Shown here in pieces: positions 31,299-39,535 of a DNA stretch of 64,000 nucleotides. Every line of letters begins with the position of its first letter. Position 1 is the stretch's first letter. Made by a program: the position numbers and the translations under genes. Where the stretch lies: positions 1 to 64,000 of the forward strand of contig CAVSPA010000010.1 of assembly GCA_963729715.1 (NCBI GenBank), in the 5' to 3' direction. A model generated the notes under the pieces. That model was not told where the DNA came from. It worked only from the letters and a program-made list of their open reading frames with translations, and did no database searches. Origin of the DNA: an uncultured delta proteobacterium (GTDB lineage: Bacteria > Desulfobacterota > Syntrophia > Syntrophales > UBA2185).

Positions 31299-32498
31299 GT
31301 GGCAGAAGGTATGTTAAAACGTTCAACAAATATGATTAAAATATGTGGAATAATCACATGTATACTTTTCTATGTAATTTTTGCTGATAGCGTGCATGCA
31401 GCGAGAATAAAAGACATCGCGAGTATTGGCGGGGTCAGGGATAACCAGCTGATAGGTTATTCATTGGTTGTCGGCTTGAACGGTACGGGTGATGATTTGA
31501 CGAACGGGTTTACGGCAATAACGCTAATTAATATGTTGAAGCGACAGGGACTTATGATACCGAGCAACACAGATATGAAGGCGGATAATATTGCAGCGGT
31601 CATGGTGACCGCTAAATTGCCTCCTTTTGAAAAAGTTGGGTCAAGGATAGATGTCGAAGTTTCCTCTATAGGTAATTCGAAGAGTCTTCTGGGTGGTACG
31701 TTGCTAATGACTCTGCTTAAAGGTGTTGACGGTGAGGTTTACGCTGTTGCCCAGGGACCGGTCGCCATTGGCGGCTTTGCGGCAAGTGGCGCTGCAGGTG
31801 GGGGTGTTACAAAGAACCACACAACTGCCGGCCGGATTACAAACGGTGCCACCGTTGAGAAAGAGCTACCATATGAATTTGGTAAAAACAGAGCACTCTC
31901 CATAAACCTTTATCAGCCTGATTTCACGACATCAACCCGCTTGGCGGAGGTGATTAACAGTTCGATGCACAATGTTGAGGCAAATCTTGTAGACTCAAGT
32001 TCTGTTGCTGTAAAGATCAAAGAGAGTGTGGGAATGAATGTGGTGCAACTTGTTTCGCTTATAGAAAACCTCGATGTTTCCGTTGATTCTGTGGCTGTTG
32101 TAGTTATGAATGAAAAGACAGGCACCGTTGTCATGGGCGAGAATGTGAGGATAGCTACTGTAGCTATAGCTCATGGAAATCTGAGCATTCAAATAAGAGA
32201 GGAAAAAAAGGTTTCTCAACCGCTTCCCTACGCTCCGGGAGCACCTGCCGGGAGTGCTGCACCAACCCAAAAAGGAGGCGTGATAATGGCTCCTGGAGGA
32301 CAGACAGTGGTGACTCCTGAGAGTCATGTAACTGTGTCTGAGGAAAAAAAGAAATTGCTGGTGGTGCCGAGGGGAGTCACCATTCAGGAAGTAGTGAGTG
32401 CTCTAAATGCAATCGGCGTTTCGCCGAGGGATCTCATTACCATTATGCAAGCTATAAAAGCCGCTGGGGCACTTCAGGCTGATTTGAGAATTATATAA
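31299..32498 (+). CDS. flgI: P-ring protein FlgI
   Basis: RIKDIA..GVRDNQLIGY.LVVGLNGTGD, IKAAGALQADL. Confidence 0.96.
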   Translation: MAEGMLKRSTNMIKICGIITCILFYVIFADSVHAARIKDIASIGGVRDNQLIGYSLVVGLNGTGDDLTNGFTAITLINMLKRQGLMIPSNTDMKADNIAAVMVTAKLPPFEKVGSRIDVEVSSIGNSKSLLGGTLLMTLLKGVDGEVYAVAQGPVAIGGFAASGAAGGGVTKNHTTAGRITNGATVEKELPYEFGKNRALSINLYQPDFTTSTRLAEVINSSMHNVEANLVDSSSVAVKIKESVGMNVVQLVSLIENLDVSVDSVAVVVMNEKTGTVVMGENVRIATVAIAHGNLSIQIREEKKVSQPLPYAPGAPAGSAAPTQKGGVIMAPGGQTVVTPESHVTVSEEKKKLLVVPRGVTIQEVVSALNAIGVSPRDLITIMQAIKAAGALQADLRII

Positions 32499-32564
32499 AC
32501 AAAATACAGACTTTTTATGAAGTTCTCACCCAAGATGAGATGAGTCACAAGAAGGTTAGGTATC

Positions 32565-32888
32565 ATGGCTGATCTTGCAACAGTGAAAGCACAGGCTACG
32601 AACCAGGAAATTCCTCAGAAAGGAATTGGTGCAGCGGGGAGTGAAGATGCTCTTAAAAAAGAAAAAAAACTGAAAAAGGCTTGCGCCGATTTCGAGTCTA
32701 TCTTCACATATTACATGTTTAAAACAATGAGGCAAAGCATTCCGCAGAGTGGTTATCTTAAACAGAGTCCCGGTAAAGATACTTATTATATGTTATTTGA
32801 TCAAAAGGTTGCCGAAGAGATGTCAAATAAAGGGAAAGGAGCAGGCTTACAGCAAACCCTTTTCAACCAGTTAAGCAAACATCGCTAA
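32565..32888 (+). CDS. flgJ: Short FlgJ (rod-binding domain only)
   Basis: LKKACADFESIF..MFKTMRQS..LFNQLS; no muramidase domain. Confidence 0.85.
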   Translation: MADLATVKAQATNQEIPQKGIGAAGSEDALKKEKKLKKACADFESIFTYYMFKTMRQSIPQSGYLKQSPGKDTYYMLFDQKVAEEMSNKGKGAGLQQTLFNQLSKHR

Positions 32889-32910
32889 GAGCGATATAAA
32901 GAGTTTTTAC

Positions 32911-32938
32911 TAAAGTTTTGTTGTCTTCTTGCCGATAA
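32911..32938 (+). promoter_or_regulatory. Sigma-28 promoter of flgM
   Basis: TAAAG-N15-GCCGATAA, consensus match. Confidence 0.9.
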
Positions 32939-32974
32939 GTGTGATAGAGAAAGAATCATAAGGAGATTCGTAAG

Positions 32975-33280
32975 ATGAAAATTTCTAAAGTCGATGATGC
33001 CGCAATCCAGGCTGTTCAGCAGTACCAGAAGACTGAGAAGGTACAGGAAGAATCAAGCGCGAAGGTAAGCGGAAGTGCGGCACCAGAGGAGAAAGTAAAT
33101 CTTTCCACCAAGGCAAGAGACATCCAGCAATTGCGGGACGCTGTTAGCCAGCTTCCTGATGTTCGCGAAGATAAGGTTAGCGACTTAAAGGATCAGGTTG
33201 ACACGGGCAGTTACGATGTAAACGGACAAAAAATTGCTGAGAAAATGGTGTCAGAGTCTCTTTTGGATACATTCGCCTGA
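32975..33280 (+). CDS. flgM: Anti-sigma-28 factor FlgM
   Basis: EKVNLS, PDVREDKVSDLKDQVDTGSYDVNGQKIAEKM. Confidence 0.93.
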   Translation: MKISKVDDAAIQAVQQYQKTEKVQEESSAKVSGSAAPEEKVNLSTKARDIQQLRDAVSQLPDVREDKVSDLKDQVDTGSYDVNGQKIAEKMVSESLLDTFA

Positions 33281-33514
33281 TAAAAATTTTTCCCCATTTT
33301 CCTCAGAAGTTTCATCCTCAAGAAAGAGCCCGCCGCATCATTTGTGTAGATTAGGGTTATATTGCCCTACTTTACAGGACAGCTAAGATTGTACAGAACG
33401 TTGAAAATATTAGGTTTTCCCGTTGCGAATGAGAATAACCATATTGCTTAGGCTTCTTCGCAATGGTGTTAAAAGCAATATGTCTGAAGTTTTAAGATAA
33501 TTATGTAATAGGAT

Positions 33515-34060
33515 GTGGATATGATACAGCATAACATTAGCCTTGATATGGATGAACTGCCCGCGCTTCTTGATTCATTGATAATTATCCTGAAGAGGGA
33601 AATAGTCGTTTATAGAGAGCTTCAGACCGCAATCTCACATGAAAAGATAATATTAATGAAACCTTCCCTCGAAAGGCTCCTCGAAAGTAACAGCAAGAAA
33701 GAGACTGTAATACTGAAGGCAAAAATGCTGGAGGAGGGGAGGCTAAAGCTTGTAAAAAAAATAGCAAAAATACTTGATCTCGAGGAGAATGAAATCAATC
33801 TGACCGCTTTGTGTTCTTATGCAGATCATGATCAAAAGAAATATCTGCAGGAGTGCCAGTCTGTATTGGGCGGTCTCCTCGCCAAGAGTCGGGAGATGAA
33901 TAGAAATAATAGGGAGTTGATTAATTACTCTCGCCATTTTTTGCAGGGATCCATCGATTTTATTCACAGTCTCCTCTCTTCCACTTCGGCCTGCTATATG
34001 CCTTCGGGGAAAATGAGGCCGATCGCCCGGAATGGGAAGATGATACAAACAGAAGGATGA
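33515..34060 (+). CDS. flgN: Flagellar chaperone FlgN
   Basis: Helical protein with REMNRNNRELI and YMPSGK; between flgM and flgK. Confidence 0.85.
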   Translation: MDMIQHNISLDMDELPALLDSLIIILKREIVVYRELQTAISHEKIILMKPSLERLLESNSKKETVILKAKMLEEGRLKLVKKIAKILDLEENEINLTALCSYADHDQKKYLQECQSVLGGLLAKSREMNRNNRELINYSRHFLQGSIDFIHSLLSSTSACYMPSGKMRPIARNGKMIQTEG

Positions 34061-34063
34061 ACC

Positions 34064-35752
34064 ATGGGGAATATCGGGAGTGTCTTAAATATTGCGAGGG
34101 ATGCTATTATAGCCAACTCAACTGCTCTTAATGTTACCGGGTCTAATATTGCCAATGTTAATACAACAGGTTACTCTTTATTGGTTCCCGAATTTGGCTC
34201 TATGGGTGTCTTTAATGCTGATGCAAGTCCGGAACAGCTTGGGGTCCAGATTACATCCATAGAGAGGATGAACAATAAATATCTCGATGCTCAAGAGATT
34301 CAGCAGGAGCCGAACGGAGCGTATAGTCAAGCCCAATTGAATGTCTTAAATGACGTGCAGAGTGTTTTCAATGCAAGTGACAGTGGGGGCATCAATGACT
34401 TGTTATCGCAATTCTGGAGTGCCTGGTCGCAAGTGTCCTCAAATCCCACCGACCTCACTGAACGGGATAACCTGGTATCCGTATCTCAGAGCCTTGCTTC
34501 CACGTTCAATCAGAGCGCGAACGAACTCATTCAGATCCAGAGTAACACGAATAGTCAAATTTCTGACACCGTGACGCAACTGAATGGTTACCTTTCCCAA
34601 TTGGCCGATTTAAATAATCAGATTGTTCAGGCTAAGGCGGGAGGCAACGACGCGTCGAGTCTGCAGGATCAAAGATATACACTTTTGCAGAACATAAGCA
34701 AGATCGTCCAAGTGAATTACAGTGAAGATGCAAACGGTGCACTGGATGTTTATATTTCCAACGGCAAATCCCTTGTAGACGGTTCCACCGTCTACAAGCT
34801 TGGCGTGCAAGTCAACCCGAATAACTCGGATTACTATGATGTTGCTTTCCAGGACGCGCCGACCGTAGCGATCAATACCGATCTACAAGGGGGAACACTA
34901 GCCGGGCTCCTGAACGTCAGAGATACGGATGTTGGCGGTTATCTTAATAATCTTGATAAATTGGCAGCGGCAATCGTCAGCAGTGTCAATACTCAGAGCA
35001 GTTCCGGCTACGATCTAAATGGCAATGTCGGGGGGAACTTTTTTTCTCCGGCAGGGATCGATTCCCCTGTAGCGGCTAGTGGGAACGGCTATACAGGTAC
35101 AGTGACTGCCGGAGGGGCTTATACTGGGACTACCAACACAGCCTGCGAAGTGCAAATTGAGAACGGCGGGGCGCTTGGAACTGCAACCTTTGAAGTTTCA
35201 ACCGACGGCGGTCAGACTTGGGGAAGTGCCCAGCAAATGCCCGCGAGCGGAAATATAACACTAGGTGACGGAATAACTTTAAACTTTACCGCGGGCACCT
35301 TTAATGCTGGCGATGTTTTCAGTGTTAATGCAACTTATGCCGCCGCGGGCATGCAGGTAGATCCGGGCATTGTTGCTGATGTGACAAAAATTGCCGCTTC
35401 AGCTACTGTCAATCAAGACGGTGACAATGCCGCTTCGATTGCTGACATTCAAAATCAGAATAACTCATCATTGGGTGGCGTGACAATCGATAATTATTTT
35501 GATTCTCTTGAGACAAAAATCGGTCAGGATGTCTCAAATGCACAAAACAATAACGACCAGCAAACTGCCATCCTGAACCAGATAGAGAATCAGAGACAAT
35601 CCGTTTCAGGTGTTTCCCTTGATGAAGAGATGATGAATTTGATCAAGTATGAGGCCGCTTACAATGCCGCAGGCAGACTAACCGAGGTTGCCAATACGAT
35701 GATGGGTACTATAATTAATTTAGGGATAGACACGGCCATAAGCACCACATGA
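34064..35752 (+). CDS. flgK: Hook-associated protein 1 FlgK
   Basis: NIANVNTTGYS, SVSGVSLDEEMMNLIKYEAAYNA. Confidence 0.95.
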   Translation: MGNIGSVLNIARDAIIANSTALNVTGSNIANVNTTGYSLLVPEFGSMGVFNADASPEQLGVQITSIERMNNKYLDAQEIQQEPNGAYSQAQLNVLNDVQSVFNASDSGGINDLLSQFWSAWSQVSSNPTDLTERDNLVSVSQSLASTFNQSANELIQIQSNTNSQISDTVTQLNGYLSQLADLNNQIVQAKAGGNDASSLQDQRYTLLQNISKIVQVNYSEDANGALDVYISNGKSLVDGSTVYKLGVQVNPNNSDYYDVAFQDAPTVAINTDLQGGTLAGLLNVRDTDVGGYLNNLDKLAAAIVSSVNTQSSSGYDLNGNVGGNFFSPAGIDSPVAASGNGYTGTVTAGGAYTGTTNTACEVQIENGGALGTATFEVSTDGGQTWGSAQQMPASGNITLGDGITLNFTAGTFNAGDVFSVNATYAAAGMQVDPGIVADVTKIAASATVNQDGDNAASIADIQNQNNSSLGGVTIDNYFDSLETKIGQDVSNAQNNNDQQTAILNQIENQRQSVSGVSLDEEMMNLIKYEAAYNAAGRLTEVANTMMGTIINLGIDTAISTT

Positions 35753-35818
35753 GGTTCATATTTTTGTTGACATTATGGGACACTTTTATTGATTTAGGGA
35801 GGTGCAGAGGGTAAGATT

Positions 35819-37015
35819 ATGATTACACGCGTTACAAATCAAATGATGTCCGATTTACTGACTAACAGTATGTCCACCGTTGATAGTCAGTATAATAATA
35901 CAATAGAGGAATTGGCTTCAGGAAAGCAGGTTAATAGTCCGTCTGATAATCCCATCGGTTTTTATCAGATTCTCAATTACAGGAGTGGGTTGGCGCAGAT
36001 CAGTAATTACCAAGAAAATGTTAGTAGCAATAACTCATGGCTGTCTGCCACAGAGTCGAGTTTGTCACAAGTGAACGATATTCTGACAAGTATTCAAACA
36101 ACGGCAATCTCACAGGCCAGTGCGACGGCGACCGCTTCAACGAGGCAGACTGCAGCTGCTTCCCTACAGCAGCAAATTGAACAGATCCTTTCTCTTGGTA
36201 ATTCACAATTCGGAAACAGTTATCTCTTCGCCGGTACAAGTACAGATACAGCACCGTTTTCTGCAACGGCAAGGTCAACTACCGAATATACTGTCACCCC
36301 GGCAAGCGAAAACACTTATAGCAGTACGGTAGATACCTCAGGAGGCACTTACACAGGCACCGTGAATAATGCCTATGTCATTAAAATTGTGCAGGGCGGG
36401 ACGCTTGGAACTGCAACATATGAAGTTTCATCAGACGGTGGTAAGACGTGGGGGGGTACACAGACAATGCCCGCGAGCGGAAGTATCGCAGTAGGTGACG
36501 GAATAAACTTGACATTCCCTGCCGGCACCTTTGCGGCTAACGATGTGTTCACTGTCAATGCATATGCAACCGGTTATTACAATGGTAACGGCGAAGAACT
36601 TTCCAATGAAGTTAACAATGGCGTCACAAGTAATTACAGTATCACGGGAGAAGAAGCGTTTACAAAGACGGGCACTGATACCGTTGATATTTTCACGGTA
36701 TTAAACAACTTGCAAGAAGCACTGACGAGCGATAACACAACAGGTATAACGAGTTCACTTGATGACCTCACCACTGCTGGTGATCAAATTACCCGTTATA
36801 TTGCGCAATGTGGAACCAGGGAGGACTCTCTGAATACCGCAAGTTCCGTACTTACTGATATGAACACACAGTTAACGACCGATGACTCAAATATCGAAGA
36901 CGCTGATGTGGCAAAGCTGGAAACAAATTTTCAGCAGCAGCAATTAACCTTAGAAGCTATTTATAAAACAGCAAGTGATGTAGAGGGCATGTCAATCCTT
37001 AATTTCCTTCAATAG
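35819..37015 (+). CDS. flgL: Hook-associated protein 3 FlgL
   Basis: LASGKQVNSPSDNP, YLFAG, IEDAD, SILNFL. Confidence 0.95.
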   Translation: MITRVTNQMMSDLLTNSMSTVDSQYNNTIEELASGKQVNSPSDNPIGFYQILNYRSGLAQISNYQENVSSNNSWLSATESSLSQVNDILTSIQTTAISQASATATASTRQTAAASLQQQIEQILSLGNSQFGNSYLFAGTSTDTAPFSATARSTTEYTVTPASENTYSSTVDTSGGTYTGTVNNAYVIKIVQGGTLGTATYEVSSDGGKTWGGTQTMPASGSIAVGDGINLTFPAGTFAANDVFTVNAYATGYYNGNGEELSNEVNNGVTSNYSITGEEAFTKTGTDTVDIFTVLNNLQEALTSDNTTGITSSLDDLTTAGDQITRYIAQCGTREDSLNTASSVLTDMNTQLTTDDSNIEDADVAKLETNFQQQQLTLEAIYKTASDVEGMSILNFLQ

Positions 37016-37047
37016 AAGGACGATTTCCCATATAATAAGGGGATATG

Positions 37048-37311
37048 ATGTTAATCCTGACACGGAAGTTGGGCGAGTCGATAACGATCGGTGATGATAT
37101 TAGGATTACTTTTCTCGAAGCAAAGGGAAAACAGGTCAGGATTGGAATTGAGGCCCCACCCCATATTGCCGTTCATCGAGAGGAAATATATCAGCTCATC
37201 AGGGAACAGAATATCAAGGCTGCAAAAAGGGGTAGTACAGAGAAGGATACTCTGCCTGATATTTTTGAAGGATTGAAAAATTTGCTTTTAAAAGATCAGA
37301 AAAAGCTTTGA
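37048..37311 (+). CDS. csrA: Carbon storage regulator CsrA
   Basis: [33 protein letters not shown] with the C-terminal extension typical of FliW-associated CsrA. Confidence 0.96.
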   Translation: MLILTRKLGESITIGDDIRITFLEAKGKQVRIGIEAPPHIAVHREEIYQLIREQNIKAAKRGSTEKDTLPDIFEGLKNLLLKDQKKL

Positions 37312-37362
37312 AAATAATATAAGTACTGGTTCGAAGATATACTAAGCAGGGAGATTTATATA

Positions 37363-37857
37363 GTGAATATAGCTACCAGCCGCTTTGGGGAGATCGATGT
37401 AGATGAATCCAAGATCATTGATATGCGGGGAGGGATCCTCGGATTTGAACACCTGAAGAAATATATAGTGCATATGCAGGATGAACAGAACCCGTTCTGG
37501 TGGTTCCAGTCCCTTGACGATGGCAAGGTTGCCTTTGTCGTGATCAATCCATTTATCGCAAAACATGGCTATGAGCCGATCATAGACGATAATGATACAA
37601 AACTCCTCGAAATAGAAAATGCGGAGCATGTAGTCCTGCTGGCTATAGTGACCATCCTTCAAAACCCTTTTTCGGTTTCTGTCAACCTCAGGGCGCCTAT
37701 AGTGGTCAATACAGAAAAAAAGATTGCTAAACAGGTTATCCTCGAAGATCAGACGTATCCTGTTCGGTATTACCTGACAACAACTGGTTCTCGTGGAGAT
37801 GCTTCTACAGCCGGCGATAATAAAAAACGGAATAAATCTGAGGCAGCTTCCCTGTGA
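37363..37857 (+). CDS. fliW: Flagellar assembly factor FliW
   Basis: TSRFGEI, GILGFE, NLRAPIVVN..AKQVIL..YPVRY. Confidence 0.95.
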   Translation: MNIATSRFGEIDVDESKIIDMRGGILGFEHLKKYIVHMQDEQNPFWWFQSLDDGKVAFVVINPFIAKHGYEPIIDDNDTKLLEIENAEHVVLLAIVTILQNPFSVSVNLRAPIVVNTEKKIAKQVILEDQTYPVRYYLTTTGSRGDASTAGDNKKRNKSEAASL

Positions 37858-37893
37858 AAAGAAGGTGGGATCAATATGGTGTGGCGCTATTCT

Positions 37894-38256
37894 TTAAGCA
37901 GGATGGTTAAAAATAATGCCGACTAGCTCTCCCAATTTCGTATATAGATCTTGAAGGTCTTGGGGGGGGATTTCTCGTATAACCTTTCCCGTATCTGTGT
38001 CTTTGACGATTACACTGATATCATTATTTTTCTCCCCGTATGTTGAGAAGCTCACACCGATATTCATGGATTGAAGCTGCTTCTGGATTTGCTGGAGCGT
38101 TTGGTTTACTGCTTCAGTGCTCATAGGTCCGGATTCTTCAGGCGCCGGTCCAGAAGTCTCTTCCTGAGGCGGGTTATTTCCAGATACTGAACCCTGCAAC
38201 GAAATTGCGGGCACACCCTGCACCGCCGGATTTATGTTAGAAATAGCCATACCCAT
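37894..38256 (-). CDS. flaG: Flagellar protein FlaG
   Basis: VIVKDTDTGKVIREIPP..LVGIIF. Confidence 0.9.
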   Translation of the reverse strand: MGMAISNINPAVQGVPAISLQGSVSGNNPPQEETSGPAPEESGPMSTEAVNQTLQQIQKQLQSMNIGVSFSTYGEKNNDISVIVKDTDTGKVIREIPPQDLQDLYTKLGELVGIIFNHPA

Positions 38257-38288
38257 TTCTCACCTCTATTCTTCTCCTTTTATTATAC

Positions 38289-38315
38289 ATATCGGCATTT
38301 GTACGTAAAACTTTA
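38289..38315 (-). promoter_or_regulatory. Sigma-28 promoter of flaG
   Basis: Minus strand TAAAG-N14-GCCGATAT. Confidence 0.8.
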
Positions 38316-38380
38316 TACCTTTCAAACCAAATTCAGCAATAGAGACGTAGTTTCTATTACGTAATCTGGGTTTAATATCC

Positions 38381-38839
38381 CTACGTCTTAACGTCAAGGA
38401 AGCGGGGCTCTCCGGAATTTCCCCTATAACCTTTGAACCACATCTGACTATGGCCAATCCCGGATAAGTCTTTTCTCAACTTATCGAGTTCATCTTCCGC
38501 GGCAGCCTCACAATCCTGGTTTAATCGCAGGGTTTTACTAATAATATTTTCGAGGGCCTTTATAAGGGATTGAACACGTTTCCTTTTTTCCGGTACTTCA
38601 TAAGAGGGACGCGCCTCCCTGATCCTGCGGATTGCCTCGTCTACTCTGCCGATGAATGTTATATAATCGTGGCGCTGGGCGATCAACATTTTAATCGCTT
38701 CCACATTATGCTGTTCAATCATATCCTTCAGGAATGCGGTTGCAGACATGAAATCTTTAAAAACAGCCGTTTTCTGCTCTAATAATTCGCAGAGCCTGGA
38801 AAGATCGGCAGATACCGCTGATGATTTCTGGTCTGTCAT
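38381..38839 (-). CDS. FliT/FlgN-like helical flagellar chaperone
   Basis: Helical protein after fliS ending FKGY..PRFLDVKT; start ATG 38839 (MTDQK). Confidence 0.55.
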   Translation of the reverse strand: MTDQKSSAVSADLSRLCELLEQKTAVFKDFMSATAFLKDMIEQHNVEAIKMLIAQRHDYITFIGRVDEAIRRIREARPSYEVPEKRKRVQSLIKALENIISKTLRLNQDCEAAAEDELDKLRKDLSGIGHSQMWFKGYRGNSGEPRFLDVKT

Positions 38840-38841
38840 TT

Positions 38842-39297
38842 CTATGCCCTCATTTCTCTTCTGCTGGTTTCCTTCTCCCGATCGGTGATGTGACGGAGAC
38901 CTGGGTTCATGTCCTTGCGCTGACCGGTAAAAATCTCTTCCCATGCCGATTTTAGTTCTACCAAAATCCAGATAATGTGGTCCATGGCTCTTAAGTCTCT
39001 TTTCAAGTCAGCTTGCAATAAACGATGCGTCATGTAATTGTAAAGGGCGTGCAAGTTTGAGGCTATATTGCCTCCCTTTTCAAAATCGAGTGCGGTGTTA
39101 AGTGCATAAATAAAATCCATTGCTTTTTGTAATGCGTGTGCTTTTTCTTCGTAATCACGGGAGATGAATTTTGCCTTGGCAATCTTCAGATTCCGTATCG
39201 CTTCCTCATAGCACATTAAAACCAGCCTTTTGGGGTCCGCTGTCAATATTCCTGCTTGCTGGTAGGCTCCGATGCCTTTATCGTACATGTGATCCAT
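38842..39297 (-). CDS. fliS: Flagellin chaperone FliS
   Basis: AYQQ..TADPKRLVLMCYE, LDFEKGGNIASNLHALYNYM, ELKSAW. Confidence 0.95.
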   Translation of the reverse strand: MDHMYDKGIGAYQQAGILTADPKRLVLMCYEEAIRNLKIAKAKFISRDYEEKAHALQKAMDFIYALNTALDFEKGGNIASNLHALYNYMTHRLLQADLKRDLRAMDHIIWILVELKSAWEEIFTGQRKDMNPGLRHITDREKETSRREMRA

Positions 39298-39323
39298 CCT
39301 CCTTATTAATGGTTATACAATAT

Positions 39324-39535
39324 TCACTGTAATTGCCAGCCGTTCGATGCGGCAGTGAGCCGCGAGGTAAGCCAGCTGTTTTCGTTTTGAATAGTGTTTA
39401 TTGCAGTTATCCATAGTTACAGACTCGCTGAGCTCGTTGCAGCAGTAAGCTGCCAGCCGTTCGATGCGGCTGTAAGCTGCGAGGTAAGCCAACTGCTTTC
39501 ATTTTGAATAGTGTTTATCGCAGTTTCCATAGTCA
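39324..39535 (-). repeat. Tandem direct repeat of fliD 3' end (period 117 bp)
   Basis: 39333-39407 vs 39450-39524 differ at 8 of 75 nt. Confidence 0.92.

Noticed and set aside
39324..39535. Diversity-generating retroelement TR/VR pair at the fliD 3' end
   Set aside because: Differences are not adenine-specific (they include C/T, T/A and G/A changes, mostly synonymous), and no reverse transcriptase is in the window.
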